Positions 10,506-21,056 of a stretch of 64,000 nucleotides of DNA are shown here, one piece after another. Location: positions 248,001 through 312,000 of the IMG/VR virus record IMGVR_UViG_3300018080_008436; one strand, 5' to 3'. Within the stretch, counting starts at the first letter, position 1; each line of letters starts with the position of its first letter. The translations under genes were made by a program, and so were the position numbers. The notes beneath the pieces were generated by a model that was given only the letters and a program-made list of their open reading frames with translations, had not been told where the DNA came from and did not search any database.

Positions 10506-11488
10506 AATAATTTCTCCAATATATTTTTAGAAACATCTCCTTTTTCGAATAGGTGTTTTTCACGCGACTCTTGAAAACTACCTTTCAAATCAGTAGACAT
10601 AATTTTTTCAATTGACCTTTTAATCTTCTCAACATCTGCCGAGACAGCAAGATTAATGACATAGTCGTAGTCATATAAAAAATCAAAACGTCTTGACGAT
10701 TTCACACAGAAGTTGATAAAAGGTACATCCATCATAACACATTCTTTTGATGCAGTTGAATCAAAATTAACTACAAAATCGCTAACAGACATAAGTTCCA
10801 TTGTAGAATGAGGATACCAACTAAAATCTTCAACATATGTATCCCCTCTATATAATTCGTGATTCTTCATCCCTGATTGAATTGGATCTTTCCCTCTCGT
10901 TTTAACAATAATGCTATACCCCATCTGATGCAACGACTCATAAGCTCTTTGCAAAACTGTAAATAACTTTCCGTTAAGATATTTTACACGAGGAAATATG
11001 ACAAGAGCATTCTTCTCTCCAACTCTATATCTCCTTCGCACAGAATCTGGATCAATGACTACGTCATACTTTGGACTACCAAAATACAAATTTTTGGGAC
11101 TCTCCTTTTTAAAATACTGCGCAAAAAATTCACTTGGCATACATACATGATCAACATCGTCTATATAATGATCATAATGAACTGTAAAATCTCTCATTGA
11201 AGTGATTGCCACACTCTTTTGGCAGGAAGAGATATTATCAATGTTCACTCCTTCAATAGAAAAAACAATCGAATCTTTGTCTTCAATCTTTCTACGATAA
11301 TTCACTACGAATCCATGATCAAAAGCCATTTCTTCAAGGAGATGCTTGTGTGAAGCTGGGTTGTGGTACTTTTGAGTTTTATAGACATGCAACTGAGATT
11401 TAAGACCCAAACGATTCCCTTCTTTAATAAGGGGAATGTAATATCTTAATGCCGCCATTTGATCTAGTATGAATCTTAGATTGCTCAA
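10502..11488 (-). CDS. GT-B fold transferase (TagF/sialyltransferase-like)
   Basis: GSPKYD, DFVVNFDSTASKECVMMDVP; paralog of 8138..9280. Confidence 0.55.
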   Translation of the reverse strand: MSNLRFILDQMAALRYYIPLIKEGNRLGLKSQLHVYKTQKYHNPASHKHLLEEMAFDHGFVVNYRRKIEDKDSIVFSIEGVNIDNISSCQKSVAITSMRDFTVHYDHYIDDVDHVCMPSEFFAQYFKKESPKNLYFGSPKYDVVIDPDSVRRRYRVGEKNALVIFPRVKYLNGKLFTVLQRAYESLHQMGYSIIVKTRGKDPIQSGMKNHELYRGDTYVEDFSWYPHSTMELMSVSDFVVNFDSTASKECVMMDVPFINFCVKSSRRFDFLYDYDYVINLAVSADVEKIKRSIEKIMSTDLKGSFQESREKHLFEKGDVSKNILEKLL

Positions 11489-12411
11489 ATTATTTCCTCA
11501 TACTGTTTACACATATCTTCTTTCCCATAATCATAAAACGCCATACGATTCTGGCAAATTTTATAATGTATATAGTCACTCTGCAATACTCTTATTATCT
11601 CAAATAACTCTTCTGCATCTTTAAACGTCCTTACAAAATCCTTTGCATACTCAATACAAGCGTCAGCTTCGCTATGAATGAGAGGAATTAACCCACAACT
11701 CAGCCCTTCTGGTATATGGTTGGGGCCTGGTTCAAACAATGATGCTGATACATAAACATCATGCTCCCTTAGTAATTCTGGCAATGCATGATAAGGTTGA
11801 GCCGATATCTTTCGACAATACTGTAAACTACCTTTCATCGGCCTCCCTATAAAAGTGAATTGAGCAATCTGTGGATTTCTATTACAAAATCTATCCAATT
11901 CTTTGTAAATAGGATAACCCTTATATATGTTATCTGAGAAATGGTGAGTTACGATCTTTAGTGGGGACATTGGCCTTCTTGATCTATCCTCTCTATAAAA
12001 AAGAGTTCTATCGCTACCATTTCTAATGACAACCGAATTAGAAACATTCATCCCCTTATCTATAAAATACCCTCTGAGCCATTCACTTACAAATACAGTC
12101 TTGTCAGCAACCCTTTTATTAGATTGAATAATGAGATCATCCAACCCCTTGCTGTTTGGTCTATGAGCATCATTTTCATTGATTCGATGAATGACCTTAG
12201 CCCCTTTCTTCCTTTGCTCTTCAACTTCCTCCAAACTAAATGTAACGCTTCTATCACGAACATCCATCAGAACAATTACGTCAACGTCATTCGACAGATC
12301 AAAAACTACATCATGTCCTTTGCCAGAGAAATAGGCAGACAACATCCTAAGGACTTGATTCCCCCCTCCGTATGGACCATCTACTATTCTTCTGTTAAAA
12401 GCTATTTTCAT
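11485..12411 (-). CDS. Glycosyltransferase family 4
   Basis: GPYGGG, FVSEWL, SLFEPGPNHIPEGLSCG (E-x7-E). Confidence 0.8.
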   Translation of the reverse strand: MKIAFNRRIVDGPYGGGNQVLRMLSAYFSGKGHDVVFDLSNDVDVIVLMDVRDRSVTFSLEEVEEQRKKGAKVIHRINENDAHRPNSKGLDDLIIQSNKRVADKTVFVSEWLRGYFIDKGMNVSNSVVIRNGSDRTLFYREDRSRRPMSPLKIVTHHFSDNIYKGYPIYKELDRFCNRNPQIAQFTFIGRPMKGSLQYCRKISAQPYHALPELLREHDVYVSASLFEPGPNHIPEGLSCGLIPLIHSEADACIEYAKDFVRTFKDAEELFEIIRVLQSDYIHYKICQNRMAFYDYGKEDMCKQYEEII

Positions 12412-13157
12412 TAATCTCTGAACCTACGAACTCTTATGCTACCTTTCTTCGCTAGTTTATAATGTTCATCTATAAGCTTCATAGTTTTCTTTCTTTCGAT
12501 CTCAGCCTCTCTAAGATTAGGACCATGGCCACTATCATCTGGACTATGAACCCATGTCTCAACCATAATTGAACCCTTGTTAGAGTGATTTATGATATTC
12601 TGAGTTACATCATAAGGATTTGGGAGATGCTCATATACATCCATAATACAGACGATATCAAAATTACATGAGAATTTAGGATTCGAATAATCCGCTGTTA
12701 TCTCATGCACTTCGCATTCAACCCCTGCCTTGTTCAACCTCCACTTAGCAAACTCAAGATGTTCTCCAGCTACATCAACCAAAACAAACTTCATGTTCGA
12801 CACATCTTTAGTTTGAGTGACCCAATGAGTAAATGGAGCGATTCCACATCCATATTCCAAAACAACACTGTTATCTTTTAGATATGGATTAAAAAATCTT
12901 CCATAATTGAACCCTCTTCTATAAACCATCTGACGGAATACCTGCCATGCCCCAATATCTTTATAGAAATCCATTTTTGATTGTAAAGATTCTCTAGGCT
13001 TCATATCCCAAAGGTCTTCAAAAGTCATTCCACTTACAGCTTCACATGTATCGGACTCTGGCAAATCAGGCTTACGCCCCTTTGCTCTTGTCCCCAATAT
13101 CTCTGCCTCTTCTGGAGTTACTCCATAATACTCACATAAATCATCACACCAAACCAT
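12411..13157 (-). CDS. Class I SAM methyltransferase
   Basis: LEYGCGIA, DVYEHLPNP. Confidence 0.8.
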   Translation of the reverse strand: MVWCDDLCEYYGVTPEEAEILGTRAKGRKPDLPESDTCEAVSGMTFEDLWDMKPRESLQSKMDFYKDIGAWQVFRQMVYRRGFNYGRFFNPYLKDNSVVLEYGCGIAPFTHWVTQTKDVSNMKFVLVDVAGEHLEFAKWRLNKAGVECEVHEITADYSNPKFSCNFDIVCIMDVYEHLPNPYDVTQNIINHSNKGSIMVETWVHSPDDSGHGPNLREAEIERKKTMKLIDEHYKLAKKGSIRVRRFRD

Positions 13158-13168
13158 GTTAATTCCTC

Positions 13169-13795
13169 TTATTTGTTATAAAGTATGCATAGACCAAATT
13201 TGTCTCTTATAAACTCTATTCTTACATCGTCATCTTCATAAACGTCTTCTGTAACAACTTCAGATCCAAATATCTCTTCAAGAACATAAAGTTCCCATGC
13301 GGCATATACCTTCTTGTTCTGAAAATTGTTTGAAGCTCTCTTAAGAGCCTCATAGACATTCATAGAGATATCATGGGTCATGAAGTTAACCTCATTCTCC
13401 AAAGCTAATTTTACTAAATTCCTGGTCAGTATATATGGATGGGCATCAAGGAAAAGAAGGTCTGGGTTATATTTCTCAAAAAGTCCTTCCTCTTTCCCAG
13501 TTACATCCTCAACATGCAAAGTAAAGTCTTTCTTGTCCATGAACTTCACTTTGTCTTCAATATCCCAAGAGTGAATCTCAAGATCTATTTCCAGGTATTT
13601 TGCAATATCATAAAAAACTCTGGTTGAACATCCATACTGCACTCCAAACTCCAAAAGAACTTTGGGTCTATTCTCTTGGAAATATTCAAAAATACCTCTC
13701 ACTTCTTCTTTAGAAACTGTTTTGGCTTTTTTCAGTATCCTTGGCAATTGACTATTATCAAAAAAATCATCGAAATTCTTCATATTCTTCTCCAT
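13169..13795 (-). CDS. SAM methyltransferase (Methyltransf_24-like)
   Basis: LEFGVQYGCS, FLDAH, HD. Confidence 0.7.
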   Translation of the reverse strand: MEKNMKNFDDFFDNSQLPRILKKAKTVSKEEVRGIFEYFQENRPKVLLEFGVQYGCSTRVFYDIAKYLEIDLEIHSWDIEDKVKFMDKKDFTLHVEDVTGKEEGLFEKYNPDLLFLDAHPYILTRNLVKLALENEVNFMTHDISMNVYEALKRASNNFQNKKVYAAWELYVLEEIFGSEVVTEDVYEDDDVRIEFIRDKFGLCILYNK

Positions 13796-13797
13796 CT

Positions 13798-14676
13798 TTA
13801 AACAAACTCCTGAAATAACTGGTCAAATCTTGGTACAATTACTTCATGTAAAAAATTCTGCACATTTTGATAATTATACATGACATAATCCTTACTCTTA
13901 AATATCTTTTTGGCGATCTCATCAGGCTCACATAAACAATTGGGGTGAATAACCTCAGAAACAATCCCGACATCAGTAGCAACAACAGGTACTTTCCTAT
14001 AAGTAGCTTCTAAAACTGCTTGTGGACCGCCCTCTGTTCTAGATGAAATAATATAAGCATCCAACTTGTCATAAAGAGGATTTAAATTATCAACTTTATG
14101 ATGATATTCATATCGTATACCTCGTTTCTCAAGTTCACCAATGACATACTCTCTACAAAAACCTGCCAAAACTACATTGACCTCGACCGATTTGTTAATT
14201 TCTTCAATAGCGTCGATTAGAATATCTGGTCCTTTCACTAACTTTGCTTTTCTTGTCCTCGTTTCTCCATCCTTTTGAAAAGAACCGATGTTGAAAAACT
14301 TGTTTGGCTCAACTTCATACTTTGGTTCCCTGGCTTTTGATAACACCCAGTAAGGAATCTGCCTAATATTGTCATTTACGCCGAGATCCTGCATCTCTTT
14401 AAAAGTGAATCTGTTGTTGGTTACGCAAGCAACTGCTTTCTTCAACAGATCCAATTTATACATCTTAATCTGTGGCTTATTAATGTGATGTAAATGCGCT
14501 ACTACTGGTCTTCCAAAATTTAATGCTCTACCAAGTGACCAAAAATCAACAGACCAGATTATATCAGGTTGTTTTCTCGGTCCAACAACCTCAAGGCTTG
14601 TATATTTTTGGAAATCTTTCTTGATATTGTCAAGAACCCAATTCGCACCATCAGAAACAACTGCTATCTTTGTCAT
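13798..14676 (-). CDS. Glycosyltransferase family 4
   Basis: KGPDIL, SRTEGGPQAVLEA, VVATDVG. Confidence 0.85.
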   Translation of the reverse strand: MTKIAVVSDGANWVLDNIKKDFQKYTSLEVVGPRKQPDIIWSVDFWSLGRALNFGRPVVAHLHHINKPQIKMYKLDLLKKAVACVTNNRFTFKEMQDLGVNDNIRQIPYWVLSKAREPKYEVEPNKFFNIGSFQKDGETRTRKAKLVKGPDILIDAIEEINKSVEVNVVLAGFCREYVIGELEKRGIRYEYHHKVDNLNPLYDKLDAYIISSRTEGGPQAVLEATYRKVPVVATDVGIVSEVIHPNCLCEPDEIAKKIFKSKDYVMYNYQNVQNFLHEVIVPRFDQLFQEFV

Positions 14677-15707
14677 TCTCCAAGGACTCCCTCTATCAGT
14701 TTAACGAATTCTTTAGCCCTTGCATCGATAGTATGATGATTCTTGAAAGTGTCCTTCGCGTTAGCAACAATTCGTTCTCTTTCCTGATCGTTATCAACAT
14801 AATACTTGATTCTCTCAAGAAAATTGTCTTGAGTTACCGACACATAGTTAAACCCATCTTCCAAATGAAGTTCCTTTTCTCCATATGGCTTCTCACCAAC
14901 GTATAATGTCCCACAACCCATAGACTCGAAGATTTTATTGAAAGCTAAGTGATATCTCCCTCCACAACTTACCAAAATCTTCGATTTACTAATAACTTTC
15001 GCGTACTCATCTCTAACCATAGGAGTATGTTTGAAGTTGAAACCGCAATGTGGATAGTTTTTGTATACAATCCCTATCTTATCTGAAATTCCAGATAATG
15101 CTTTATGCATACCTCTTCTAAACCTGTAAAAATTACCCATGGCACCAAGAGTAATGACATCATGTTCTTTAGGCAGTCCATAATCCTTGAAACATGTCTC
15201 CTCAACACACCTCGGATGAGCTACGAATTTCATATGATCTCGTATTCTCTTGTCAAAAAACGAGTTAAAATCTTTTGGATTTGAATATGGTGGGGTAAAA
15301 CAGCAGAACATATGACTGAATTGCAACCCTCCGAGATCGTTCGAAAATTTCCTCGGTTTTCTTGCCCAAAAATCACTAAGAGCAAAAACCTTCTTTACTC
15401 CCTTTACCTTCCCAAACCCAGTTGGGAAATTCCATAGGTTTTCAGGTATATTGTAGTGATTTATATAAATGTCACCAACTTTCTCATTTGGAGTGAAGTA
15501 ACTGTAAACAATATCAGGTTTGTCATCTCCATATACTTGAGAAATAATCTCTCCCAGGTCGGTATGCTTATAATTTGGCCATCCTGGTCCATACATCTGA
15601 GTATCACATGCCCTATTGACACATTCCATGTCGTAGATCATGTTCCCAGAATGCCATCCCTCCCGATTAACATTCAAAAGCAATACTTTATACTTACTCA
15701 GAGACAT
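14673..15707 (-). CDS. Glycosyltransferase (CgeB / Glyco_trans_1_2-like)
   Basis: KIFESMGCG, ERERIVANA..HHT; start trimmed to MSLSK after AGGAGG. Confidence 0.75.
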   Translation of the reverse strand: MSLSKYKVLLLNVNREGWHSGNMIYDMECVNRACDTQMYGPGWPNYKHTDLGEIISQVYGDDKPDIVYSYFTPNEKVGDIYINHYNIPENLWNFPTGFGKVKGVKKVFALSDFWARKPRKFSNDLGGLQFSHMFCCFTPPYSNPKDFNSFFDKRIRDHMKFVAHPRCVEETCFKDYGLPKEHDVITLGAMGNFYRFRRGMHKALSGISDKIGIVYKNYPHCGFNFKHTPMVRDEYAKVISKSKILVSCGGRYHLAFNKIFESMGCGTLYVGEKPYGEKELHLEDGFNYVSVTQDNFLERIKYYVDNDQERERIVANAKDTFKNHHTIDARAKEFVKLIEGVLGE

Positions 15708-16629
15708 ATTCCCTCCTTTCGAAATACAATGCGAACATAGCCTTAAAACCATAAATCGCCACATCCCAAGACCATCTACTAACTATTTCTGCCTGAAAAT
15801 TCTTCGCCTGTTCAATTCTAAACTCATCATCTTTCATTTTTTCTATTGCTTCACAAAGACTATCAACATTCCTATCAATTAGCAGTCCTTTTTCTCCATC
15901 TTTTATCATATCTGTAGCGGCCCCACTTCTTGTTGAAATAGGAGCCAAACCCATTGCTCCAGCTTCCATGAGGGGGTTATTCAAACCTTCAGTTTTGGAC
16001 ATACAGACATGGATATTGGCTTTTGAGTAGAAATATGGCATTTCTTCAAGTGTCAATTTTCTATTGTATTCAGCGGTTATGATTTCTGCATTAACCTTTT
16101 TACAAGCTTGTTTAACCAGATCAAAACCCTTGTTGGCAGATCCACGACCAGAAACACTTACCTTTATCGGACCTTCCAAAGGTTGGAATGCATTCTCATT
16201 CTTCTTTATGTCAAATACATCTAAATTCACTCCATGTCCAACATTCAAAAGTGGCTTGTCATCCACTATACCACTAAAAACGTCAAACATTCTTGAATTT
16301 ACTACATGGAATATAGAGCATTTATCTTTGATCGAAGCACATCTTCCTGGGAACCCATGTTCATACAATCCTTTGGGACCTTCTGGATGCTCTCTATGTA
16401 GAAATTCACATCTCAACCCCATTATCGTTTTCTCTTTGGGTGGATATCCACCCCTCAAAGGAATTGGATCAAGAACATACACTAAATCGTAGTCTTTAGA
16501 CATATTCTTGATACCCTGCTTTCTATAAGCGATATCTATATCATATTCTGTAATGCGTTTCTGGATCTCATGACAATGTCTGTCAAAAATCCACCCTTTC
16601 TGATCTGCGACTAATAAAATCTTCTTCAT
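15694..16629 (-). CDS. Glycosyltransferase family 4
   Basis: NKGFDL, SKTEGLNNPLMEAGAMG. Confidence 0.85.
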   Translation of the reverse strand: MKKILLVADQKGWIFDRHCHEIQKRITEYDIDIAYRKQGIKNMSKDYDLVYVLDPIPLRGGYPPKEKTIMGLRCEFLHREHPEGPKGLYEHGFPGRCASIKDKCSIFHVVNSRMFDVFSGIVDDKPLLNVGHGVNLDVFDIKKNENAFQPLEGPIKVSVSGRGSANKGFDLVKQACKKVNAEIITAEYNRKLTLEEMPYFYSKANIHVCMSKTEGLNNPLMEAGAMGLAPISTRSGAATDMIKDGEKGLLIDRNVDSLCEAIEKMKDDEFRIEQAKNFQAEIVSRWSWDVAIYGFKAMFALYFERREYVSE

Positions 16630-17441
16630 AAACTACTCCAGTATCTTTGCAGTGGAAGTGTTAGTATGTCAATTGTATTTCTCCCTGCCTTACATGAATT
16701 ACAATCGTAAAATTCGTTAAATCTCTGACTTTGGGGATGACCTCCATACCAATGCAGAGCATAAGATTCCTGAGTGATATGAATAACGTCCTCATATACC
16801 TTATTTATCAGGTAAGACTCAGGAATTGGATAGAAATAATTTGGAGGAGCATTAAAAAGAACATTCTCACTTTCCCACTCTTCTCGATGCTTAGAAAACA
16901 AATCCCGAAACATGAATGGCCCCAAACTATTGTAATCCTTAGGATCATAACAGTCCATCATCTCATTCATAATTTGTTTTACGACAGGACAATACTTCTT
17001 TGCCCCTATAACGCCAACAGGAGCATAAATACCACAAGATTGCGCCCTATATATGCTGTAGATAAAATCAACGTCAGGAAGGCTGTAAAATGGTCTTAGT
17101 ATTATCTGATCTGTATCAAGATAATACCCACCATTATTGTAAAGCCACCACCATCTAAAAAGATCGGATTGATAATTTGGGGCATAAGTGGGGAAAAGGT
17201 TTGATTCGACTACTTTTACACCGAGTTTAGACAAGGCTGGGATGTAGTCAGTAAACAAACGGCCCTCTCGCTGGAAATCCTGCTTCTCTACTCCCCATTT
17301 AATGTCTTTGGCAGACTGCTTGGAGAGATAGAGTTCGATCTCAGCGTCAGGATGGTGTTTCCTTAAAGAAACAAAAGTCAGGAACCGAAGATATGACAAC
17401 TCAGTTCCTGACCAAAAAAGTCCAAATTTTAACGGAATCAT
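16626..17441 (-). CDS. Glycosyltransferase GT32-like (DxD sugar-binding region)
   Basis: SDLFRWWWLYNNGGYYLDTD, LGP. Confidence 0.8.
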   Translation of the reverse strand: MIPLKFGLFWSGTELSYLRFLTFVSLRKHHPDAEIELYLSKQSAKDIKWGVEKQDFQREGRLFTDYIPALSKLGVKVVESNLFPTYAPNYQSDLFRWWWLYNNGGYYLDTDQIILRPFYSLPDVDFIYSIYRAQSCGIYAPVGVIGAKKYCPVVKQIMNEMMDCYDPKDYNSLGPFMFRDLFSKHREEWESENVLFNAPPNYFYPIPESYLINKVYEDVIHITQESYALHWYGGHPQSQRFNEFYDCNSCKAGRNTIDILTLPLQRYWSSL

Positions 17442-17482
17442 TGGGTTGCCTTATAGTTGTCAACAACCCAAATATTATACAG

Positions 17483-18910
17483 TTAATCTTCCCACCATTG
17501 ATCAACTTGCTCTAGTCCAAGACCTTTTAATTCTTGAATAGTTTCTTCTACAGATTTACTGCCATAAATTCCGTATGTGTTCTCCATTTCTTCGCAAAAA
17601 CCCCCAACCATTTTAAAAACTTGACACAAATACTGCCTTTCACTACTTCCAGCATCATAATAAGAGTCTGCTAATTCTCCACTTTCCCTTCTAAAAGCAA
17701 AAGAGAAACAATCTTGGCTGAATTCTGGATCATATGGATCAAGCTTTGAAATACAGAAAACACATGGATCTACTTCATCCGTTTTTAATTCCTGAAGGAG
17801 TCTCGCATTTTCTTCTGCCTTCACCAATACGTTGAGATCAAAAAACATCTTCTTGACCTCTTCCAGGTTATATGTCCCACCTTTGATCGTAACGGTTCTA
17901 TCAGGCTCAATCGTGTAAAATGACTCATCCTCTTCAGGTTCATCTGGAACAACTGGCGTTTTGGCGAAAAACGAATCTGGATACATAAACTGCATCCCAA
18001 GACGCTTCGCAAAAGTCTTATCAGTTGTTTGATCTCCAACCATAATGCATTCACTCACATTCAGCTTGTATTTGTAAATATAAGGAATGGCCATCCCTGA
18101 TTGAGGCTTACGGCAATAGCAACTTACTGGCGGAACCTTATGAGGACAATAAGAGACCTCAACATCATTACAAATTGCTAAAGTTGCATTCGTAACTTCG
18201 AAACACAACTCGGCACCTTTTTCAGTCAACTCGCCTTTTGCAATACCAGATTGGTTTGATACCCCAATAAGGTAATATCCAAGCTTTTTATAGGCCCGTA
18301 AGACCTCTCCCGCCCCTTTCCTTACTTTGATCTCTGTTGGCTTTGTAGGGTACTTCCCATTGCCTCCAACAGTCTCCCTCAAAGTACCATCATAATCAAG
18401 GAAAATTGCTTTGTTTGTAAAACCCTCCCTTGGTTCCCTTCTGAACACTCTTTTCTCCACATTTTCAAAACCTTCGTCTTTCGTCGGTTTTTCAAATTCT
18501 TTCTTCATTTTGAAAAAGACAGAAATAGGGAACATGTTCGGATCTTTCTTAACTTCTTTCAGATCCTCTTTGTCATAAAACACCTTGCCATATCGTTCCA
18601 TCATCCTCTGCAAAGCATTAATCTGACAATCTTCCACAGAAGTTGACATCCAAAGACAACTGATCGGAACATCATGCTTCTTACACATCTCAATAAAAGG
18701 CTTGCGCTTATCTGCTTGCATAAAAGTGCAATCAAGAACAACAGAGTTCCCATTTTTGAGAGAAGCCTCAAGTTTCGGCAACAAATCGAGTGTTCTCCCA
18801 CCCTCTTTATCTCGGCTTAAATACGCATATGTATGCTTCTTCATGATTTCCTTTACTGCCGAGCTTTTCCCACTTGCAGGGAATCCAACCGTCATGATTG
18901 CTTTTTGCAT
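17483..18910 (-). CDS. Polynucleotide 5'-kinase / 3'-phosphatase (P-loop + HAD-IIIA) with C-terminal extension
   Basis: GFPASGKS kinase; FLDYDGTL, SNQSG, CRKP, VGD HAD motifs. Confidence 0.85.
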   Translation of the reverse strand: MQKAIMTVGFPASGKSSAVKEIMKKHTYAYLSRDKEGGRTLDLLPKLEASLKNGNSVVLDCTFMQADKRKPFIEMCKKHDVPISCLWMSTSVEDCQINALQRMMERYGKVFYDKEDLKEVKKDPNMFPISVFFKMKKEFEKPTKDEGFENVEKRVFRREPREGFTNKAIFLDYDGTLRETVGGNGKYPTKPTEIKVRKGAGEVLRAYKKLGYYLIGVSNQSGIAKGELTEKGAELCFEVTNATLAICNDVEVSYCPHKVPPVSCYCRKPQSGMAIPYIYKYKLNVSECIMVGDQTTDKTFAKRLGMQFMYPDSFFAKTPVVPDEPEEDESFYTIEPDRTVTIKGGTYNLEEVKKMFFDLNVLVKAEENARLLQELKTDEVDPCVFCISKLDPYDPEFSQDCFSFAFRRESGELADSYYDAGSSERQYLCQVFKMVGGFCEEMENTYGIYGSKSVEETIQELKGLGLEQVDQWWED

Positions 18911-18928
18911 TGATTTACTCCTTTAATT

Positions 18929-19354
18929 TTAACACAACATTCCATAATCCCATTCTCCCGCTACAGCACCACACTCTTTGCAGTTAATCTGTCCTTTATT
19001 CTCTAGACCAAAACCGAATCTAATTATCGTAGTATAACTTTCTTCAAGGTCTGCACTTCCGCAACTCCAACATCGTATCGGACTTCCCTGGCTGTCCCAA
19101 AAACCAAGCAGTTCTGCTAATAACTTGAATTCTTGGCTCCCAACCTCGTTATTAATAACAAGAAGTCTTCTATAAAGAAGATATTGCTCTTTGTCACTAA
19201 ATCTACAGTAGTTTTCCTGAATATAACAAGACAGATATTCACGTCTCATCAAATCAATTTTGGAAGATGATGTGAACTCCCCATGGAACCCTAGAACAGA
19301 GATAACACAAGGCATTCCTTTCTGGAAACTCGTATAGTAACAGACCTTTGACAT
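18929..19354 (-). CDS. Hypothetical protein, Zn-ribbon C-terminus
   Basis: CWSC..CKEC. Confidence 0.5.
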   Translation of the reverse strand: MSKVCYYTSFQKGMPCVISVLGFHGEFTSSSKIDLMRREYLSCYIQENYCRFSDKEQYLLYRRLLVINNEVGSQEFKLLAELLGFWDSQGSPIRCWSCGSADLEESYTTIIRFGFGLENKGQINCKECGAVAGEWDYGMLC

Positions 19355-19663
19355 TTATTCCTCGAAAACATCCAACTTATCATCGGACCCTTCAAATTGT
19401 TCCATACGAACTTGAATATATGGAGCCTTGTCAAAAGTGGAGAACGTCTTCGCAGTTGCAAGAATCATAAAAACAAACAGGAAAATGCCTGTCATGAAAT
19501 TATTGTAGTTAAGCGCAAGCATCTGACCCAACGTAAACATAAAAAGCATCATAAAGATGATGCAACAAGGGACTATGAATCCCCAGGTAAGATAAATCGC
19601 GGTATAAACTTCCATGAACTCTTGCATTTTCGGGACTCCTTTTCTTAGTTTATACCAATACAA
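19355..19663 (-). CDS. Small membrane protein
   Basis: Two hydrophobic segments. Confidence 0.55.
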   Translation of the reverse strand: MYWYKLRKGVPKMQEFMEVYTAIYLTWGFIVPCCIIFMMLFMFTLGQMLALNYNNFMTGIFLFVFMILATAKTFSTFDKAPYIQVRMEQFEGSDDKLDVFEE

Positions 19664-19715
19664 TAAACCCCCTTAACTAAAAGTCAAGGGGGTTTTCAAA
19701 ATATTTCCGATTTTC

Positions 19716-20213
19716 TTAAAGGTTGACTTTTCGAAGATGTTCAACCAGACCTCTCTGTGATGGAAATACTAGTTTCTCCATCTCATCAAGATCGCACCAT
19801 TTATACTCACAGATCTCTGGAATCTTATTTGGACCCCAGTACGAAGCACATCTCATTTCATGATTTTTCAGCACTCCATTAGTATCGTTGAGTAAATACA
19901 GAATCACATCTTTGTCCTTCATTGAGAAAGTATAGAATGGACTAGTTGATTGGCTCAACTGTAATTCAACACTTCTAAGAATATCGATGCCCGATTCTTC
20001 TTTAAGTTCTCTAGTTGCGGTTGCAATCAAACTTTCCCCATATTCCTGCTGTCCTTTAAAAACTGTCCAGCACTGATCTTTGGGGTATTTGGTTGTTCTG
20101 CCAATTAAATACTTTCCGTCCTGTGAGCGAACAATAAACCCAGCAGAAACCACTCGTTTTGGTCTTCTTTCGTTTCTACTACCCTTTTCGCTATCCCTAC
20201 GAACCTCTGACAT
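19716..20213 (-). CDS. NUDIX hydrolase
   Basis: KGQQEYGESLIATATRELKEESGI Nudix box. Confidence 0.9.
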   Translation of the reverse strand: MSEVRRDSEKGSRNERRPKRVVSAGFIVRSQDGKYLIGRTTKYPKDQCWTVFKGQQEYGESLIATATRELKEESGIDILRSVELQLSQSTSPFYTFSMKDKDVILYLLNDTNGVLKNHEMRCASYWGPNKIPEICEYKWCDLDEMEKLVFPSQRGLVEHLRKVNL

Positions 20214-20222
20214 ACCCTTCTC

Positions 20223-21056
20223 CTACATTAACATTGCGTCTACTGATAAAGATTCCCCAACATCTTTATTATACCCACCTTTTTGTAACAGACACGCCAT
20301 TTTACCAATATATCTGTCACGAATAGGCTCAAAATACATACTTTTTATGAAATTCCCCTGAATCCTGGCATAAATTGTAAACTTTCTCTCTTTATGCTCA
20401 TAATTCACAAAAATATACATGTCTGAAACTGATTCCTTCGGATCGACAAGATAAGTGTGTTGTACAGGAACCTCCCTCATCTCTTCCTCAGTCTGAAACG
20501 GTCTCGTCCTCCCTTTAAATTTCATTCCAGATGTCAAAACCTTGACAGTTCTTGTTCTAAAGCTCTTCTCATCTCTCACTATAAGAATATTGTCATTGTT
20601 TCGAACCGCTTCTTGTAGATTAGTTGAACACTGGTGGTTTTTAATCCATTTATCAACTACATACATCGCCCCCTTGTCTACAAAATCAAAAATCCTTTTC
20701 TTTGCATCTTTGGAGCACCAGTTATCTATCTTCGCGTTATCCTCTTTTGTTAACTCATAAGTAAAATTAATTCTCTTCCCACTCTTAACTTTCTTAGGCT
20801 CTGGCTTAGGCTCTGGCTTAGGCTCTGGCTTAGGCTCTGGCTTAGGATTAGACTCCAGAATCTTTTCCTCGAAACTTTCGATGAACTTAACTTCAACCTC
20901 TGAACACTCTATTGAATGTTCAGCAACTTTTATCGCTCTTGCCACACAATGAGGATTACCTTCTTCCAGAATAAAACAACAGTTTTCAATATCATTATGA
21001 AGATCAGCGAGTTCTTTCTTATACATCAAAGCTATGTCTTTCCAATCGTACATCAA
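20223..21056 (-). CDS. Hypothetical protein with (PKPE)n linker
   Basis: 277 aa ORF coupled to recD2 stop. Confidence 0.65.
   Translation of the reverse strand: MMYDWKDIALMYKKELADLHNDIENCCFILEEGNPHCVARAIKVAEHSIECSEVEVKFIESFEEKILESNPKPEPKPEPKPEPKPEPKKVKSGKRINFTYELTKEDNAKIDNWCSKDAKKRIFDFVDKGAMYVVDKWIKNHQCSTNLQEAVRNNDNILIVRDEKSFRTRTVKVLTSGMKFKGRTRPFQTEEEMREVPVQHTYLVDPKESVSDMYIFVNYEHKERKFTIYARIQGNFIKSMYFEPIRDRYIGKMACLLQKGGYNKDVGESLSVDAMLM
20794..20846. repeat. 12-bp tandem repeat TTAGGCTCTGGC x4.4 encoding PKPE
   Basis: Directly visible. Confidence 0.95.
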
